Part shown: positions 18,983-28,359 of the stretch, piece after piece
Layout of the letters: each line of letters opens with the position of its first letter
Position numbering within the stretch: the first letter of the stretch is position 1
From: a virus
DNA length: 64,000 nt
Strand: one strand, 5' to 3'
IMG/VR virus record: IMGVR_UViG_3300046004_000518
Coordinates: 46,478 to 110,477 of that record
Made by a program: the position numbers and the translations under genes
The notes under the pieces: generated by a model
Database searches by the model: none
The model's input: the letters and a program-made list of their open reading frames with translations, nothing else
Told to the model about the DNA's origin: nothing

Positions 18983-19372
18983 TTACCCACGTCTCATTTT
19001 ACTAATATCAATAGCATCTTCTTTGCTGAATACAGGCACAGCATTTGACTTGTGTAATTGACCAATGCCAACCATAGCGGTACCAGTATATACTTTATCC
19101 TCCGGACGTACTGCTATACTGATAGTATCGGGCTTACTAGCATGTCTAGGACCAGTATCTCTACGATAAGGCTCTGTAGGCTTATATGCAGGTGCCTTAA
19201 GCGCACGATTACGCTTACGTTCTTCTTGCTCAATGCCCCATTTCTTTTGTAGTTCTTTCCAGGATTCTTCGTTCATACGTGCCTTTTGTGCATGTGCTGC
19301 AGTGCGGAATTTTTCCTTGCCCTTACGTTTACCTGTAGTAGTAAGATACGGACCGACCATGTGCATTGTCAT
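18983..19372 (-). CDS. Basic phage hypothetical protein (HKSNAVPV motif)
   Basis: 129 aa; AAGGA RBS. Confidence 0.7.
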   Translation of the reverse strand: MTMHMVGPYLTTTGKRKGKEKFRTAAHAQKARMNEESWKELQKKWGIEQEERKRNRALKAPAYKPTEPYRRDTGPRHASKPDTISIAVRPEDKVYTGTAMVGIGQLHKSNAVPVFSKEDAIDISKMRRG

Positions 19373-19396
19373 ATATTCTTTCCTTGCTATCTAATG

Positions 19397-19585
19397 TTAT
19401 TCATCAATGTCGTCGTCAATGGTTAATTGCTCAACCATATCACACATTGAACTAAAACACCACGGGCAAAACGCAACAGGCAACATACCAAAGTGACCTA
19501 ATATGCCGCCTTCATCTTCGGTAAATTCGCTTGAACAAACATTACACTTATGTTCTTCACCAACATGATCAAATCCAACTATCAT
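19397..19585 (-). CDS. Small Zn-ribbon protein
   Basis: CNVC...CPWC. Confidence 0.6.
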   Translation of the reverse strand: MIVGFDHVGEEHKCNVCSSEFTEDEGGILGHFGMLPVAFCPWCFSSMCDMVEQLTIDDDIDE

Positions 19586-19779
19586 ACATTAGTACCTGCG
19601 GTTGCAATTAAGTCTCGCTTAATCATGTTGTATGCAGTGCGCTCTTGTTTGTCTAAATCGTCCCAATTCTTTTCCATGCTGTCTAAAGCACCCCAAAGAT
19701 TGCGCTGTCCGTACGCCTCGCCTGCCCACTGTACAATGCTATACGCTTGTTCAATATCCATATACACAGGTGTGCTCAT
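19582..19779 (-). CDS. Hypothetical early protein
   Basis: Directly downstream of the sigma70 promoter at 19812-19840. Confidence 0.65.
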   Translation of the reverse strand: MSTPVYMDIEQAYSIVQWAGEAYGQRNLWGALDSMEKNWDDLDKQERTAYNMIKRDLIATAGTNV

Positions 19780-19811
19780 GATTAGTACCTTTCTTAATTA
19801 TCAATACAAGT

Positions 19812-19840
19812 ATTATACACTAAAATCAGTTAGATGTCAA
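19812..19840 (-). promoter_or_regulatory. Sigma70 promoter TTGACA-17-TATAAT
   Basis: Perfect consensus with extended -10 TG. Confidence 0.85.
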
Positions 19841-20148
19841 GTGTTAATATAGCGCAGTAATGACTTGCCCGGAAACATTGCTTCAGCTGTGGCCCATAGT
19901 GCTTCTTCTGTATCGGCCTGACAGATAAATGCGTTGGTTACCGCGTCATACATCATCACTCGATCCGCTACAACCTCAACACTGACTAATTTAACTGTTG
20001 AAATATCAAGTTGAGTTTTTGTATTAATTTTAGCAATTTCTTTTCGATAGTTAGAATAAAATTTAACAATAAAAAATGTTGTAAATAGTACACAAAAAGT
20101 AATATATCCTGTTATTATTACATTAAATATTAAAATTATCAAGTCCAT
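19837..20148 (-). CDS. Hypothetical membrane-anchored protein
   Basis: N-terminal hydrophobic helix. Confidence 0.6.
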   Translation of the reverse strand: MDLIILIFNVIITGYITFCVLFTTFFIVKFYSNYRKEIAKINTKTQLDISTVKLVSVEVVADRVMMYDAVTNAFICQADTEEALWATAEAMFPGKSLLRYINT

Positions 20149-20966
20149 AGCGATTTCCTTAATTTAACTAAACGAATTAACATTTCTTCATCTTCTGCGT
20201 CATACTGCTTTTCAAGACGATCCATTGCTGCTAAGATAGCTCTGCTACGTTTTTTATCTTTTTTACTTCCCTCGGCAAAGAGCCAATCTTCTCCATCTTT
20301 GACGCTAGTATCTTCGCAGTACTTTGTCCAACCACAGTAATCATAGGCATCAGCACGTTGTGGACGAACATGTTTCCACCAGTAGTATAATTCCCATTTT
20401 TCTTTAGCGGCTTCTGCTTGCGGTGTGGGTTTACCGTATAATGGATCTTTCTTCTTTGTCCATTCGTCGTTGTACTTAAGAGTCATTTCCCACTCTAAGT
20501 GCGCAATAGATGCTTCTGGACAGCGCCACTCTGCAAACCAACGAGTGTACCACTGTGCTCTCCACCACGGCATACGATATTTTGCACGTTCTTCTTTACT
20601 GCCCCAACACACATGACTCCATGCTGTTTCAATTTCGATAAAGTCAACAAAACTGTCAAAAGATGAATGTAGTAAGCGTTCTTCAAACTCGTGCCATTGC
20701 CCACGTTTAAGTCTGCTGGTAAGTGCGTGTGTTCGAGTAGTGTAGCGATTGTTTAGGTAGTAGCGTACATCGTTAATACGTTCTGGAATATAGCACCAAA
20801 CATCTTGCGCCCGGCTCAATGCTGTTTCTACTAACCAATAGCGAAATGGATGGGTAGTTTTGGCTAACTTTGTCCAAGCATTCCATTCTTCGCTGGTACC
20901 ACTGTCGATACTTTTTGTGCCGCGAAGCCAATCCGCAAACTTCCCAATTGTCCAATAATTTCTCAT
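20139..20966 (-). CDS. Phage hypothetical protein (Trp-rich)
   Basis: 275-aa ORF with AGGA RBS. Confidence 0.75.
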   Translation of the reverse strand: MRNYWTIGKFADWLRGTKSIDSGTSEEWNAWTKLAKTTHPFRYWLVETALSRAQDVWCYIPERINDVRYYLNNRYTTRTHALTSRLKRGQWHEFEERLLHSSFDSFVDFIEIETAWSHVCWGSKEERAKYRMPWWRAQWYTRWFAEWRCPEASIAHLEWEMTLKYNDEWTKKKDPLYGKPTPQAEAAKEKWELYYWWKHVRPQRADAYDYCGWTKYCEDTSVKDGEDWLFAEGSKKDKKRSRAILAAMDRLEKQYDAEDEEMLIRLVKLRKSLWT

Positions 20967-20973
20967 ATTATTC

Positions 20974-21153
20974 CTAGTGTGCTAACACTGCCATTAAATG
21001 TATCTGTGGGTCATTAAATTCAAACTTGTAATGTAATGGGCTCATTGATAACAATTGTAAATCCCACTCATTGTTATTTAAGTTCGCACGACACCAGTCA
21101 ATACATTTTGCGGTACGGGCAACATCACTGTAGATATCAATCTTGTGAGTCAT
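20974..21153 (-). CDS. Hypothetical protein; start revised to MTHKID
   Basis: Revised start minimises overlap with 21137..21535. Confidence 0.55.
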   Translation of the reverse strand: MTHKIDIYSDVARTAKCIDWCRANLNNNEWDLQLLSMSPLHYKFEFNDPQIHLMAVLAH

Positions 21154-21535
21154 TTTCGGTACCGTGTAGTAATGCTTCGAGTGTTTTGTAGTGGTCGAAT
21201 GCCTGCTGTAATGCTTCATACTTGGCTAACAATTCGGGTTTAGGTTCAAGTATGCTAAGACGTTGCTCTACTTTCTGCATCCATATTACCATACTTTTAT
21301 CGCCAATTATAATGTCTGGATTAGCACCTTCTAAAGTTAGTTGCCCCTGCATTGATGTTTTAGCACTAGTGCTAGCCCAATTAGTACCTGCGCCGCCAGA
21401 CATTAATACACTACCAGTTCCGCCGCTACCTCCTGCTCCTAACATAGTAACAGTACCGGTTCCAGCGCCACCACTACCTAAGGTGATATTACTTGTATTA
21501 GGTGTTGAATGATACCCTGGGTATACTATTGCCAC
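21137..21535 (-). CDS. Hypothetical protein with Gly-rich N-terminus and helical C-terminus
   Basis: GTG start overlapping the upstream stop. Confidence 0.65.
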   Translation of the reverse strand: MAIVYPGYHSTPNTSNITLGSGGAGTGTVTMLGAGGSGGTGSVLMSGGAGTNWASTSAKTSMQGQLTLEGANPDIIIGDKSMVIWMQKVEQRLSILEPKPELLAKYEALQQAFDHYKTLEALLHGTENDSQD

Positions 21536-21690
21536 TAGTTTTTACTCTTGCAATCACAGTTACGACCTTGATTACAGTTGCCCGTACAATTAGTGTCAAC
21601 GTCGCTGCCGTGTGGTCCAAACACCATATAAACTAAGCCTAAACCAATTGCCGCAAGTACAGCCATTGCTAATATTACGTATTCTAACAT
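21535..21690 (-). CDS. Small membrane protein with Cys-rich tail (CTGNCNQGRNCDC); start revised to MLEYV
   Basis: One TM helix followed by a Cys cluster; GAGGA upstream. Confidence 0.6.
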   Translation of the reverse strand: MLEYVILAMAVLAAIGLGLVYMVFGPHGSDVDTNCTGNCNQGRNCDCKSKN

Positions 21691-21691
21691 A

Positions 21692-22393
21692 TTAATCTTC
21701 CTCCTCGTCGTCGGTGTAGTCATCTTCGTCACGTTCTTCACCTTGGTACACTGGTTCTCCACCTACAATGATCCACTTATTCTCACCCCATTTACCATTG
21801 GTGTCGTAGTCATTGCCGTCGATGTCTTCACCATCATATTGCACGCCAGTGGTAATTTCCCAACCATCCATGTCTTCATAGAATACACGTAGTTTGCTAG
21901 GATCAAACGGGGCTTTAATTTCAAAATCATTGCCGAAGAACGTACCCTTTTCACCTTGCGCACCGTAGAATACTACAGTGCCCGCAGGATAGTCACTGAT
22001 ATACTTTTCATCAATACAATCATATTCTGCACCATTATCACTTAATGCACCACCTAATGGACTAGTCCAAATTTCTGCACCAGTTTCATCATAGACTGTG
22101 ATATTGCTACTGTCATCAAATGTAGCACCACTGGTATGTACATCATCACATTCATACGGACTTCCTGGTGTAAATGGCTGTAGGTCAAATGGAACGTCAT
22201 CCCACATACGTTCTTCCCAACTACCGGCATACTGTTCGATATCAATCTCTTTATCTTTAAAGAAATCGTAGATCTTACGGTCAACCTTGCCCCAATAAAT
22301 TTCACCCCCACGACCCCAAATCTCAACACGATAAGTCTGCGGAGTAAATTTAAGTGTTTGTAATAACTCTTCTTTTTCCTGATCAGTTGCCAT
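21692..22393 (-). CDS. Acidic hypothetical protein
   Basis: 233 aa; GGGAG RBS; own sigma70 promoter. Confidence 0.75.
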   Translation of the reverse strand: MATDQEKEELLQTLKFTPQTYRVEIWGRGGEIYWGKVDRKIYDFFKDKEIDIEQYAGSWEERMWDDVPFDLQPFTPGSPYECDDVHTSGATFDDSSNITVYDETGAEIWTSPLGGALSDNGAEYDCIDEKYISDYPAGTVVFYGAQGEKGTFFGNDFEIKAPFDPSKLRVFYEDMDGWEITTGVQYDGEDIDGNDYDTNGKWGENKWIIVGGEPVYQGEERDEDDYTDDEEED

Positions 22394-22418
22394 AGTGTTC
22401 TCCCTTTACATTAATTAC

Positions 22419-22447
22419 ATTATACATTAAACAGCCTCTGCTGTCAA
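22419..22447 (-). promoter_or_regulatory. Sigma70 promoter TTGACA-17-TATAAT
   Basis: Perfect consensus. Confidence 0.85.
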
Positions 22448-22864
22448 GTATTGATTTTGCACACGATCGATAGCATCGTTCAATTGGTCCAAACTAATGC
22501 CATGGTCCTCGTAACCATCTGCTACCATGTTATAATAACTGTTACTTGGTAGGCTAAGTTGCTCATCTGGATACATTAAGTAGGTCATTGCAGTGTGCAG
22601 GGTACCATCAATCAACACTGTGACCGTTTGTTTGGTATAGTATACCGGATAGCCTTCTAGTATATCTAAGGCATCTTCGCAGTCATCTGATATTTCCCAA
22701 ACTACACCAACTGTATTACTAGCGTAATCAGCTACCACAGTAGCAAAGGATTTAAATTCAAAGCGGAATCCTGGCAATACTGCGGCTCCTAAACTTACTG
22801 CCTGTGGACAACGTCGAGCCATTTGTGCTAGATTAGTATTCATTCCGTAACTGAAGTATTTCAT
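22427..22864 (-). CDS. Gamma-glutamylcyclotransferase (GGCT/AIG2-like)
   Basis: YFSYGMN...RCP...GVVWEI...LDILEGYPVYY. Confidence 0.85.
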   Translation of the reverse strand: MKYFSYGMNTNLAQMARRCPQAVSLGAAVLPGFRFEFKSFATVVADYASNTVGVVWEISDDCEDALDILEGYPVYYTKQTVTVLIDGTLHTAMTYLMYPDEQLSLPSNSYYNMVADGYEDHGISLDQLNDAIDRVQNQYLTAEAV

Positions 22865-23430
22865 AGTTTAATTGAATTTCCTTTTGCTTGTGTATAAAAA
22901 ATGTGTTGTCCTATCTTTGCTACTCGTTTACCTTTGTCACGCCAGTCTGGACGAACATAGTCTGCGTGATAAAATAACGCTTTCTTCAATGGCTTAACTC
23001 TAACTCCATTATTTAATACTTGGTCAGCAATTTCTCTACTGCGATACCAAGTTGCATCTTTGGGTCTAGACCAAGCACGTTCTTTAACTTTGGTCCACGA
23101 AAACTGTGCTTTTGAATATACAACATTGCATATATTCTTACCCCAGTAACCCGACTTCTTACGATTAAGTGTTACCTGCGCAACTGCGTATTTGCCTAAG
23201 TCGCTTTCAACGCCTGCTTCATAGTATATATTACGTACCAAACATTCAAACTCTCGCGGAGTGTATTTGGCTCGTGTGCCACTACGTTCTAATACTGCTT
23301 CTTTAATTATTTCAACATCGTCGTGTATTTCAAATACATGTTCTTCCATTTCATCCATGCGTTGATCCTGCACAAATAATATGTATAGCACACCTGCAAT
23401 AATAAAATAAATTAAGCCACGTTTAATCAT
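22861..23430 (-). CDS. SleB/Hydrolase_2 cell-wall hydrolase with N-terminal anchor
   Basis: CLVRNIYYEAG...AVAQVTLNR...ICNVVY..QFSW...FYHADYVRPDW...IGQHIFY. Confidence 0.9.
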   Translation of the reverse strand: MIKRGLIYFIIAGVLYILFVQDQRMDEMEEHVFEIHDDVEIIKEAVLERSGTRAKYTPREFECLVRNIYYEAGVESDLGKYAVAQVTLNRKKSGYWGKNICNVVYSKAQFSWTKVKERAWSRPKDATWYRSREIADQVLNNGVRVKPLKKALFYHADYVRPDWRDKGKRVAKIGQHIFYTQAKGNSIKL

Positions 23431-23462
23431 AATGTGCTTTCTCTAATGTTTAAAACACATGT

Positions 23463-23491
23463 ATTATACTATAGATTAGCCCGAAAGTCAA
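23463..23491 (-). promoter_or_regulatory. Sigma70 promoter TTGACT-17-TATAAT
   Basis: Near-perfect consensus. Confidence 0.8.
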
Positions 23492-23504
23492 GCAAAATAT
23501 CAAC

Positions 23505-23533
23505 AAAAAAGCCCGCATTACACGGGCTTTTTT
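23505..23533. terminator. Bidirectional rho-independent terminator
   Basis: A6-GCCCG-loop-CGGGC-T6. Confidence 0.8.
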
Positions 23534-23550
23534 ATAACTACAGTTGCTAA

Positions 23551-23799
23551 TTAAGCAATGAATGCACGAGCACGTGAACCATTAACGTCGCGAGCAGTAA
23601 CAGCGTAAGCAGTTTTGCCTGTGGTGTTTACTTCTGTTTTAACTACTAGACCGCATTTACGGAACTCTGACATACGAGCTGGTAAGTTTTTGATACCGTA
23701 GTTAGCTGAGGCTTGGGCCGCAGTTAAAGTTTTACCTGTACCACGTAGGTATTTTTCTAAGAATGCTACTTGATTTGTTACTTTAGCTAAATTTGCCAT
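23551..23799 (-). CDS. Small winged-HTH DNA-binding protein (monocistronic)
   Basis: LTAAQA...YGIKNLPARMSEFRKCG HTH pattern; own promoter and terminator. Confidence 0.65.
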   Translation of the reverse strand: MANLAKVTNQVAFLEKYLRGTGKTLTAAQASANYGIKNLPARMSEFRKCGLVVKTEVNTTGKTAYAVTARDVNGSRARAFIA

Positions 23800-23856
23800 T
23801 GTTTACTTCTCCATAAAGATTAATAAAAGTTTTGCTTAATTCCTAAGCATGTGTAT

Positions 23857-23885
23857 ATTATATACTCAGTTAATGATGTTGTCAA
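23857..23885 (-). promoter_or_regulatory. Sigma70 promoter TTGACA-17-TATAAT
   Basis: Perfect consensus. Confidence 0.85.
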
Positions 23886-24049
23886 CCTTTTTTGGTTAAC
23901 CTAATTTCTTTAGTTTCTTCATTGATTGACCATACTAAAGTGTCATTTTCTTTCCAACCTAACTGTTCTAATAAGTCAGTTGGTAGAGGAAGAATTAGTT
24001 CACCAGTTGTTAAATCTTCTTCCAATATCGCAGTCCATTGAGTAGTCAT
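23882..24049 (-). CDS. AbrB/MazE/SpoVT-type small protein (55 aa, MTTQWTAILEEDLTTGELILPLPTDLLEQLGWKENDTLVW...)
   Basis: Manually translated; GELILPLP..LL..LGW.E.D.L swapped-hairpin pattern. Confidence 0.7.
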   Translation of the reverse strand: MTTQWTAILEEDLTTGELILPLPTDLLEQLGWKENDTLVWSINEETKEIRLTKKG

Positions 24050-24322
24050 TTAAAATCCATGTAATTCAAGGTGAATTTTAATGTCAGTTACTGAATCTAC
24101 ACGGAAACTGCGCCATGCCTGTTTGTCTATACACCAAACGCTAATTGTAGCAGATTCCTTTTCAGTAGCCTCTTTAACCGGTGTTTTACGCTCATACGCA
24201 GGCACAATATCTGCTCTAAGGGTACAGGGCATAGTACGCACTTCACCGTTTACTTTGGTAAATGTTATTTCACATATACGGTATTTTAATTCTTCTAACA
24301 GTTCTTCTTTAGTTAATATCAT
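24050..24322 (-). CDS. SH3/WYL-like beta-barrel protein; start revised to MILTKEE
   Basis: FTKVNGEVRTMPCT...W...WRSFR; AAGGA RBS. Confidence 0.7.
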   Translation of the reverse strand: MILTKEELLEELKYRICEITFTKVNGEVRTMPCTLRADIVPAYERKTPVKEATEKESATISVWCIDKQAWRSFRVDSVTDIKIHLELHGF

Positions 24323-24375
24323 ACGATTCCTTTCTATTGATTCAGTAAATGCGTCCATACCCCAGGCTAATAACA

Positions 24376-24822
24376 TTATTCTTTACCTTTCAAAATGTCA
24401 AATGTAATTTCTTTGGCACGCTCGTCTAATGCTTTGCGTTCTAGTACATCTATAGTGCGCAATAAATCCTGAACCAAATCAACGATGACCTCGCGGCCAT
24501 CTGCTGTTAAATGACAATATTCACGCCCGACTGGACTACTGTGCCATAGTTTGGAGTTGGTAATTAATCCCTGTAATGCACCGTACACAACATCTTTATT
24601 AGCCTGCTGGGCTAGTTTGTAATTCTTTGTCATAATTGCGTCCTTAAACTTTAAATTATACAAATCAAGTGACTTAGTTGGTTTTCTCAGTCGCTGGAGT
24701 CGTTGCCATAGTCGCACATATCGCCATAGTTTATCTAATAGTATCATGCTTACCCACATAACACTTAATCCAACTGCTGTTACTAGAATTAGCCCCAATG
24801 TCGACCATAATCCACTGTACAT
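24376..24822 (-). CDS. Hypothetical protein (TM N-terminus; possible internal start at 24633)
   Basis: RBS at both 24822 and 24633; promoter TTGACA-17-TATATT at 24844-24872. Confidence 0.6.
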   Translation of the reverse strand: MYSGLWSTLGLILVTAVGLSVMWVSMILLDKLWRYVRLWQRLQRLRKPTKSLDLYNLKFKDAIMTKNYKLAQQANKDVVYGALQGLITNSKLWHSSPVGREYCHLTADGREVIVDLVQDLLRTIDVLERKALDERAKEITFDILKGKE

Positions 24823-24852
24823 AATGTTCTCCTACATTACATTAATATACTA

Positions 24853-26187
24853 TCATTTAATGGCATTGTCAAATTGTTCGATAACTTTTGCTAAATCATC
24901 TGCTACTTTCTTGTCTGTTCTAAATTCAGCAAAGCGTGGAAGGAATAATGAATATTTTGTGTTGTTACCCGTTGGCGGCATAATGCTGTTGCCTTTAACT
25001 GTGACAATCGTACCTATTAATTTATCACGATTGTTATGTACTTCTAAACGTACTTCATCTGTAAAGCCACTGATGTTTACTTCAAGTAATCCATCGCTTG
25101 ATTGGCAAACAATAGAACCAAACGTTGCTTCGTTTTTACCGTTGCCAGCATTAAATCCCATTATAACCAAATCAACGTCGATATCAAGTTTCATTTTAAC
25201 TTGGTCTTTGCTGGTGGTATCTTTCCAAATACCTGTAGCATTTTTAATAATTGTACCTTCCATGCCAAGGTCTAACATTTCACGATAGTGAGCTAGTGCT
25301 TCTTCCATGTTGTGTACAATACGTGTATCAATAAGTTCAATACATTCTGCTTTTAGTGTTTGTGTTGCTAATTCAGCAAAGCGAAGTTGATACGGTACTG
25401 CATACGTACCTTTAGAAACTACCGAAGTTAAGGCAATTTGGTCCCATACTAGGTATACAATCTCATCATTTGCGCCAATATCGCCGCCTTTTTGCACCTT
25501 GTTCAAGATACCATTACCAATTTGACGTGGTAGCACGACACCATCGCGTTTAACTAATAATTCACCGTGTGATTGTGTACCAATTGGAAATGTTTTTTGT
25601 ACATCAGCAATTAAGTGTGCAAAGTATTGCGATGGAAATAATGAACCTGCACGACTTAGAATTTGTACGTCACCGTCTGCTGTATGATTTACGTTGGCAA
25701 ACATACCATCTGCTTTGAGCTGACTATACACGCCATCTGTCCAACTGAACTCATCTAACTTAGCGGCTTTTGGCAGTGCGCAACGCATATACGGAAACTC
25801 CGGAATTAAATTCTTCCATACTTTGTTTGCTGTTGATTCGCCAAAGCCAGCACGTAGGTCACGGTCTACTACTTTGGCAATTACTTTTGCATTGTCTGCT
25901 GATACACATTCGAGTATAAGTTTAAGCTGATTAATACCAGCGGTGCCAGTAACTTGGCGTGTGCTTAACATTTCTAATAACGAAAATGCTTCTGACATAG
26001 TCATGAAGTCAATGCGCATTTTAGTTTCGTACGGGGGAATTTTTTTAATGAAGAAGTTTACAGTTGGGTCATATGCAAGACGAACAACTTCCTGTAATTC
26101 TTTATTGTCTTTGTGCTTGGTAAGGATGGCAATTTTTGCATTCTTACTGGGTTCGTTTGCGACTTCTTCTAAAATAGCGTTTATCAT
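24853..26187 (-). CDS. ATP-dependent DNA ligase (T4 gp30-like)
   Basis: QLKADG (KxDG), HGEL, WDQI, EGTIIK, VKMK, SLFLPRF. Confidence 0.95.
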   Translation of the reverse strand: MINAILEEVANEPSKNAKIAILTKHKDNKELQEVVRLAYDPTVNFFIKKIPPYETKMRIDFMTMSEAFSLLEMLSTRQVTGTAGINQLKLILECVSADNAKVIAKVVDRDLRAGFGESTANKVWKNLIPEFPYMRCALPKAAKLDEFSWTDGVYSQLKADGMFANVNHTADGDVQILSRAGSLFPSQYFAHLIADVQKTFPIGTQSHGELLVKRDGVVLPRQIGNGILNKVQKGGDIGANDEIVYLVWDQIALTSVVSKGTYAVPYQLRFAELATQTLKAECIELIDTRIVHNMEEALAHYREMLDLGMEGTIIKNATGIWKDTTSKDQVKMKLDIDVDLVIMGFNAGNGKNEATFGSIVCQSSDGLLEVNISGFTDEVRLEVHNNRDKLIGTIVTVKGNSIMPPTGNNTKYSLFLPRFAEFRTDKKVADDLAKVIEQFDNAIK

Positions 26188-26217
26188 TTATACACTCATT
26201 TATTAATTTATAAGTGT

Positions 26218-26246
26218 ATTATACAGCCATTTAACCAAAAAGTCAA
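26218..26246 (-). promoter_or_regulatory. Sigma70 promoter with conserved spacer (TTGACT-TTTTGGTTAAATGGCTG-TATAAT)
   Basis: Member of the repeated promoter family at 43076, 47745, 48099, 60672. Confidence 0.88.
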
Positions 26247-26253
26247 GTGATAT

Positions 26254-28359
26254 TTAGACCCTACCAACAACTACTTCGATTGTGACTATTTCGCCATCGG
26301 GTACTGAGCCCAATGCCTTGCCGATGATACAACCTGGTTGATATTTGGTCATATCTAAACGTTCTGCTACACCGCGCACATCGCTGGTAACTACACGATC
26401 GCCTTTGTTAATTGGACCTTGCACACGACATGGTACACGACCTTGCAATGCAACAGGCAGTCCATCGAGTTCAGAATTCATTAGATGTGCTGGATTAGTA
26501 GATATAACACCTGCAACCGCAGTATCATGACTGAATGTACTAATAGTAATTTCTTCATTACCACCAAATACTACCACAGTACCCGGAACGTATTTCTTAT
26601 CGCTAGAATAGTTTTCAGCCAAGTCAGCGTAACGTGCGTTAGTGGCTGTGCCGGTCATAACACCGCAGGCAAATGCCTCGTATGATGTACCTGGGTTATT
26701 TACAATAGCTATTCTACCACTGGCTTCCATTACAATACTCGAAGCAACCACGCCGCTCCAGTGGAATGCTAGTCTAGGTGCCGCAGCAATAGCACTAGCT
26801 TGGGCGCCAGCTAACCCAGCTTCACGGATTTGAATAGCAGAACCGTAGCCAGTACCACTAGAGCTTGATGCAATATAACTGGCGCCTGCGCCATACAAAT
26901 TAGTTGCTGTGCCGCTAGAAGTGATAAATCCTGCACCATTGGTAAGTTGATTAGTGTTTGTCACATTAGTGGCACCTGCCGCAATACCATCTAATTTACT
27001 AGCGTAGGTGCTGGTCATGTAGCCATTAACTGATGCAGTTGCGGCTGCCATGCTAATTGCCGGTGTGGTTCCGCCGCTTGATGTAACTGGAGCCGTACCA
27101 GTAACACTTGTAACCATAGTAGCGTTTGCACCAGCAAGTGAATTGTTAATTGCAGTAATATTTGCATCAACATAGCCTTTCATTGCTGTGTTAGCTGTAG
27201 TAATAGCAGTTGTTGTGGTACTTATTTGCCCATCAACATAGCCTTTCATGTTGGTATTGGCTGTGGTAATACTCGAGCCAGTAGTTGATATCTGCCCATC
27301 AACATAGCCTTTCATGTTGGTATTGGCTGTGGTAATACTCGAGTCAGTAGTTGATATCTGCCCATCAACATAGCCTTTCATGTTGGTATTAGCAGTTGTG
27401 ATAGCACTTTCAACGTTAGTCAAAATACTCTGCCCATTAGCATAGGTAACACCGGTTGTGATTAAATTACCAACTCTTAAATTACTGTAAGTGGCATTAG
27501 TAAAGTCAACAGTTGTAGTGGGTTCAGCTACTACGTTAGCAAATAATTTCCATACATCGTCACTGGCATCACGAACTAACCCAGTATGTTGATAGCCCGG
27601 GTTAGTAAAAGACGCAACAAATCCAATATCTAATACATCACCCGAATTATCGTGCGCCAAATATAATAATGTATCACTGAGTTGTATATTGTTACTACTA
27701 AATGTAGTCTGTGTACCTAATACATTTAAGTCGCCGCTAACATTTAAATTTGCACCAACACTAACACCGCCGGTAACAATTAATGCACCGGTACCCACCC
27801 CAGTTGATTGCGTTGCATTAGTAATTGATACCGCACCAGTAAATGTTGCGCCGCTTAAATCGGCTTTAGTGACATCAACACTGTCAACATACCCTTTCAT
27901 ATTGGTGTTGGCTGTTGTGGCTGCACTTGAAGTAGTTGATATCTGACCGTCAACATAACCTTTCATGTTGGTATTAGCAGTTACAATAGCGGCATTTGCA
28001 GCAGTTATTTGACTTAATTGAGTAGATGCATTACTTGTCCATGCAGTAGTAACTGCATCAACATAACCTTTCATGTTAGTGTTAGCTGTAACTATTTGTC
28101 CGCTTAAAGCACCAGCATTGGCAATAATTGCTGTTAGAATACTAACTCCGTTAGCATAATTATAATTTGCTGCCGATATATTACCAGTTACAGCCAGCGA
28201 GCTTAATGTACCTACAGAAGTAATATTACCCTGCGTATTTGCTGACAAATCACCAGATACTGTAGGGGTACTAGTTGATCCATCGGATACTACCTGCCCT
28301 GCAATAGATATTTTCTTTGATACATTGTCAAATTTAAATGAACGTTTACGTGACGACAT
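26254..28359 (-). CDS. Tail fibre-like protein with coiled-coil repeats and C-terminal chaperone-like domain
   Basis: TANT(N/A)MKGYVD x7; C-terminal YADLAENY...VALQGRVPCRV. Confidence 0.7.
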   Translation of the reverse strand: MSSRKRSFKFDNVSKKISIAGQVVSDGSTSTPTVSGDLSANTQGNITSVGTLSSLAVTGNISAANYNYANGVSILTAIIANAGALSGQIVTANTNMKGYVDAVTTAWTSNASTQLSQITAANAAIVTANTNMKGYVDGQISTTSSAATTANTNMKGYVDSVDVTKADLSGATFTGAVSITNATQSTGVGTGALIVTGGVSVGANLNVSGDLNVLGTQTTFSSNNIQLSDTLLYLAHDNSGDVLDIGFVASFTNPGYQHTGLVRDASDDVWKLFANVVAEPTTTVDFTNATYSNLRVGNLITTGVTYANGQSILTNVESAITTANTNMKGYVDGQISTTDSSITTANTNMKGYVDGQISTTGSSITTANTNMKGYVDGQISTTTTAITTANTAMKGYVDANITAINNSLAGANATMVTSVTGTAPVTSSGGTTPAISMAAATASVNGYMTSTYASKLDGIAAGATNVTNTNQLTNGAGFITSSGTATNLYGAGASYIASSSSGTGYGSAIQIREAGLAGAQASAIAAAPRLAFHWSGVVASSIVMEASGRIAIVNNPGTSYEAFACGVMTGTATNARYADLAENYSSDKKYVPGTVVVFGGNEEITISTFSHDTAVAGVISTNPAHLMNSELDGLPVALQGRVPCRVQGPINKGDRVVTSDVRGVAERLDMTKYQPGCIIGKALGSVPDGEIVTIEVVVGRV
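27165..27405 (-). repeat. 66-nt coding tandem repeat (22 aa, ITTANTNMKGYVDGQISTTxSS)
   Basis: Units begin at 27227, 27293 and 27359; the two complete units differ at 1 nt. Confidence 0.9.

Noticed and set aside
18852-18983. 43-aa minus-strand ORF (MTENKELKLVCQGNATRIGDTEYYRIEQ...)
   Set aside because: Plausible from TAATG coupling, but too short and featureless to support as a feature
27165-27405. Possible CRISPR array
   Set aside because: Units are contiguous 66-nt in-frame coding repeats without unique spacers; no cas genes in the window
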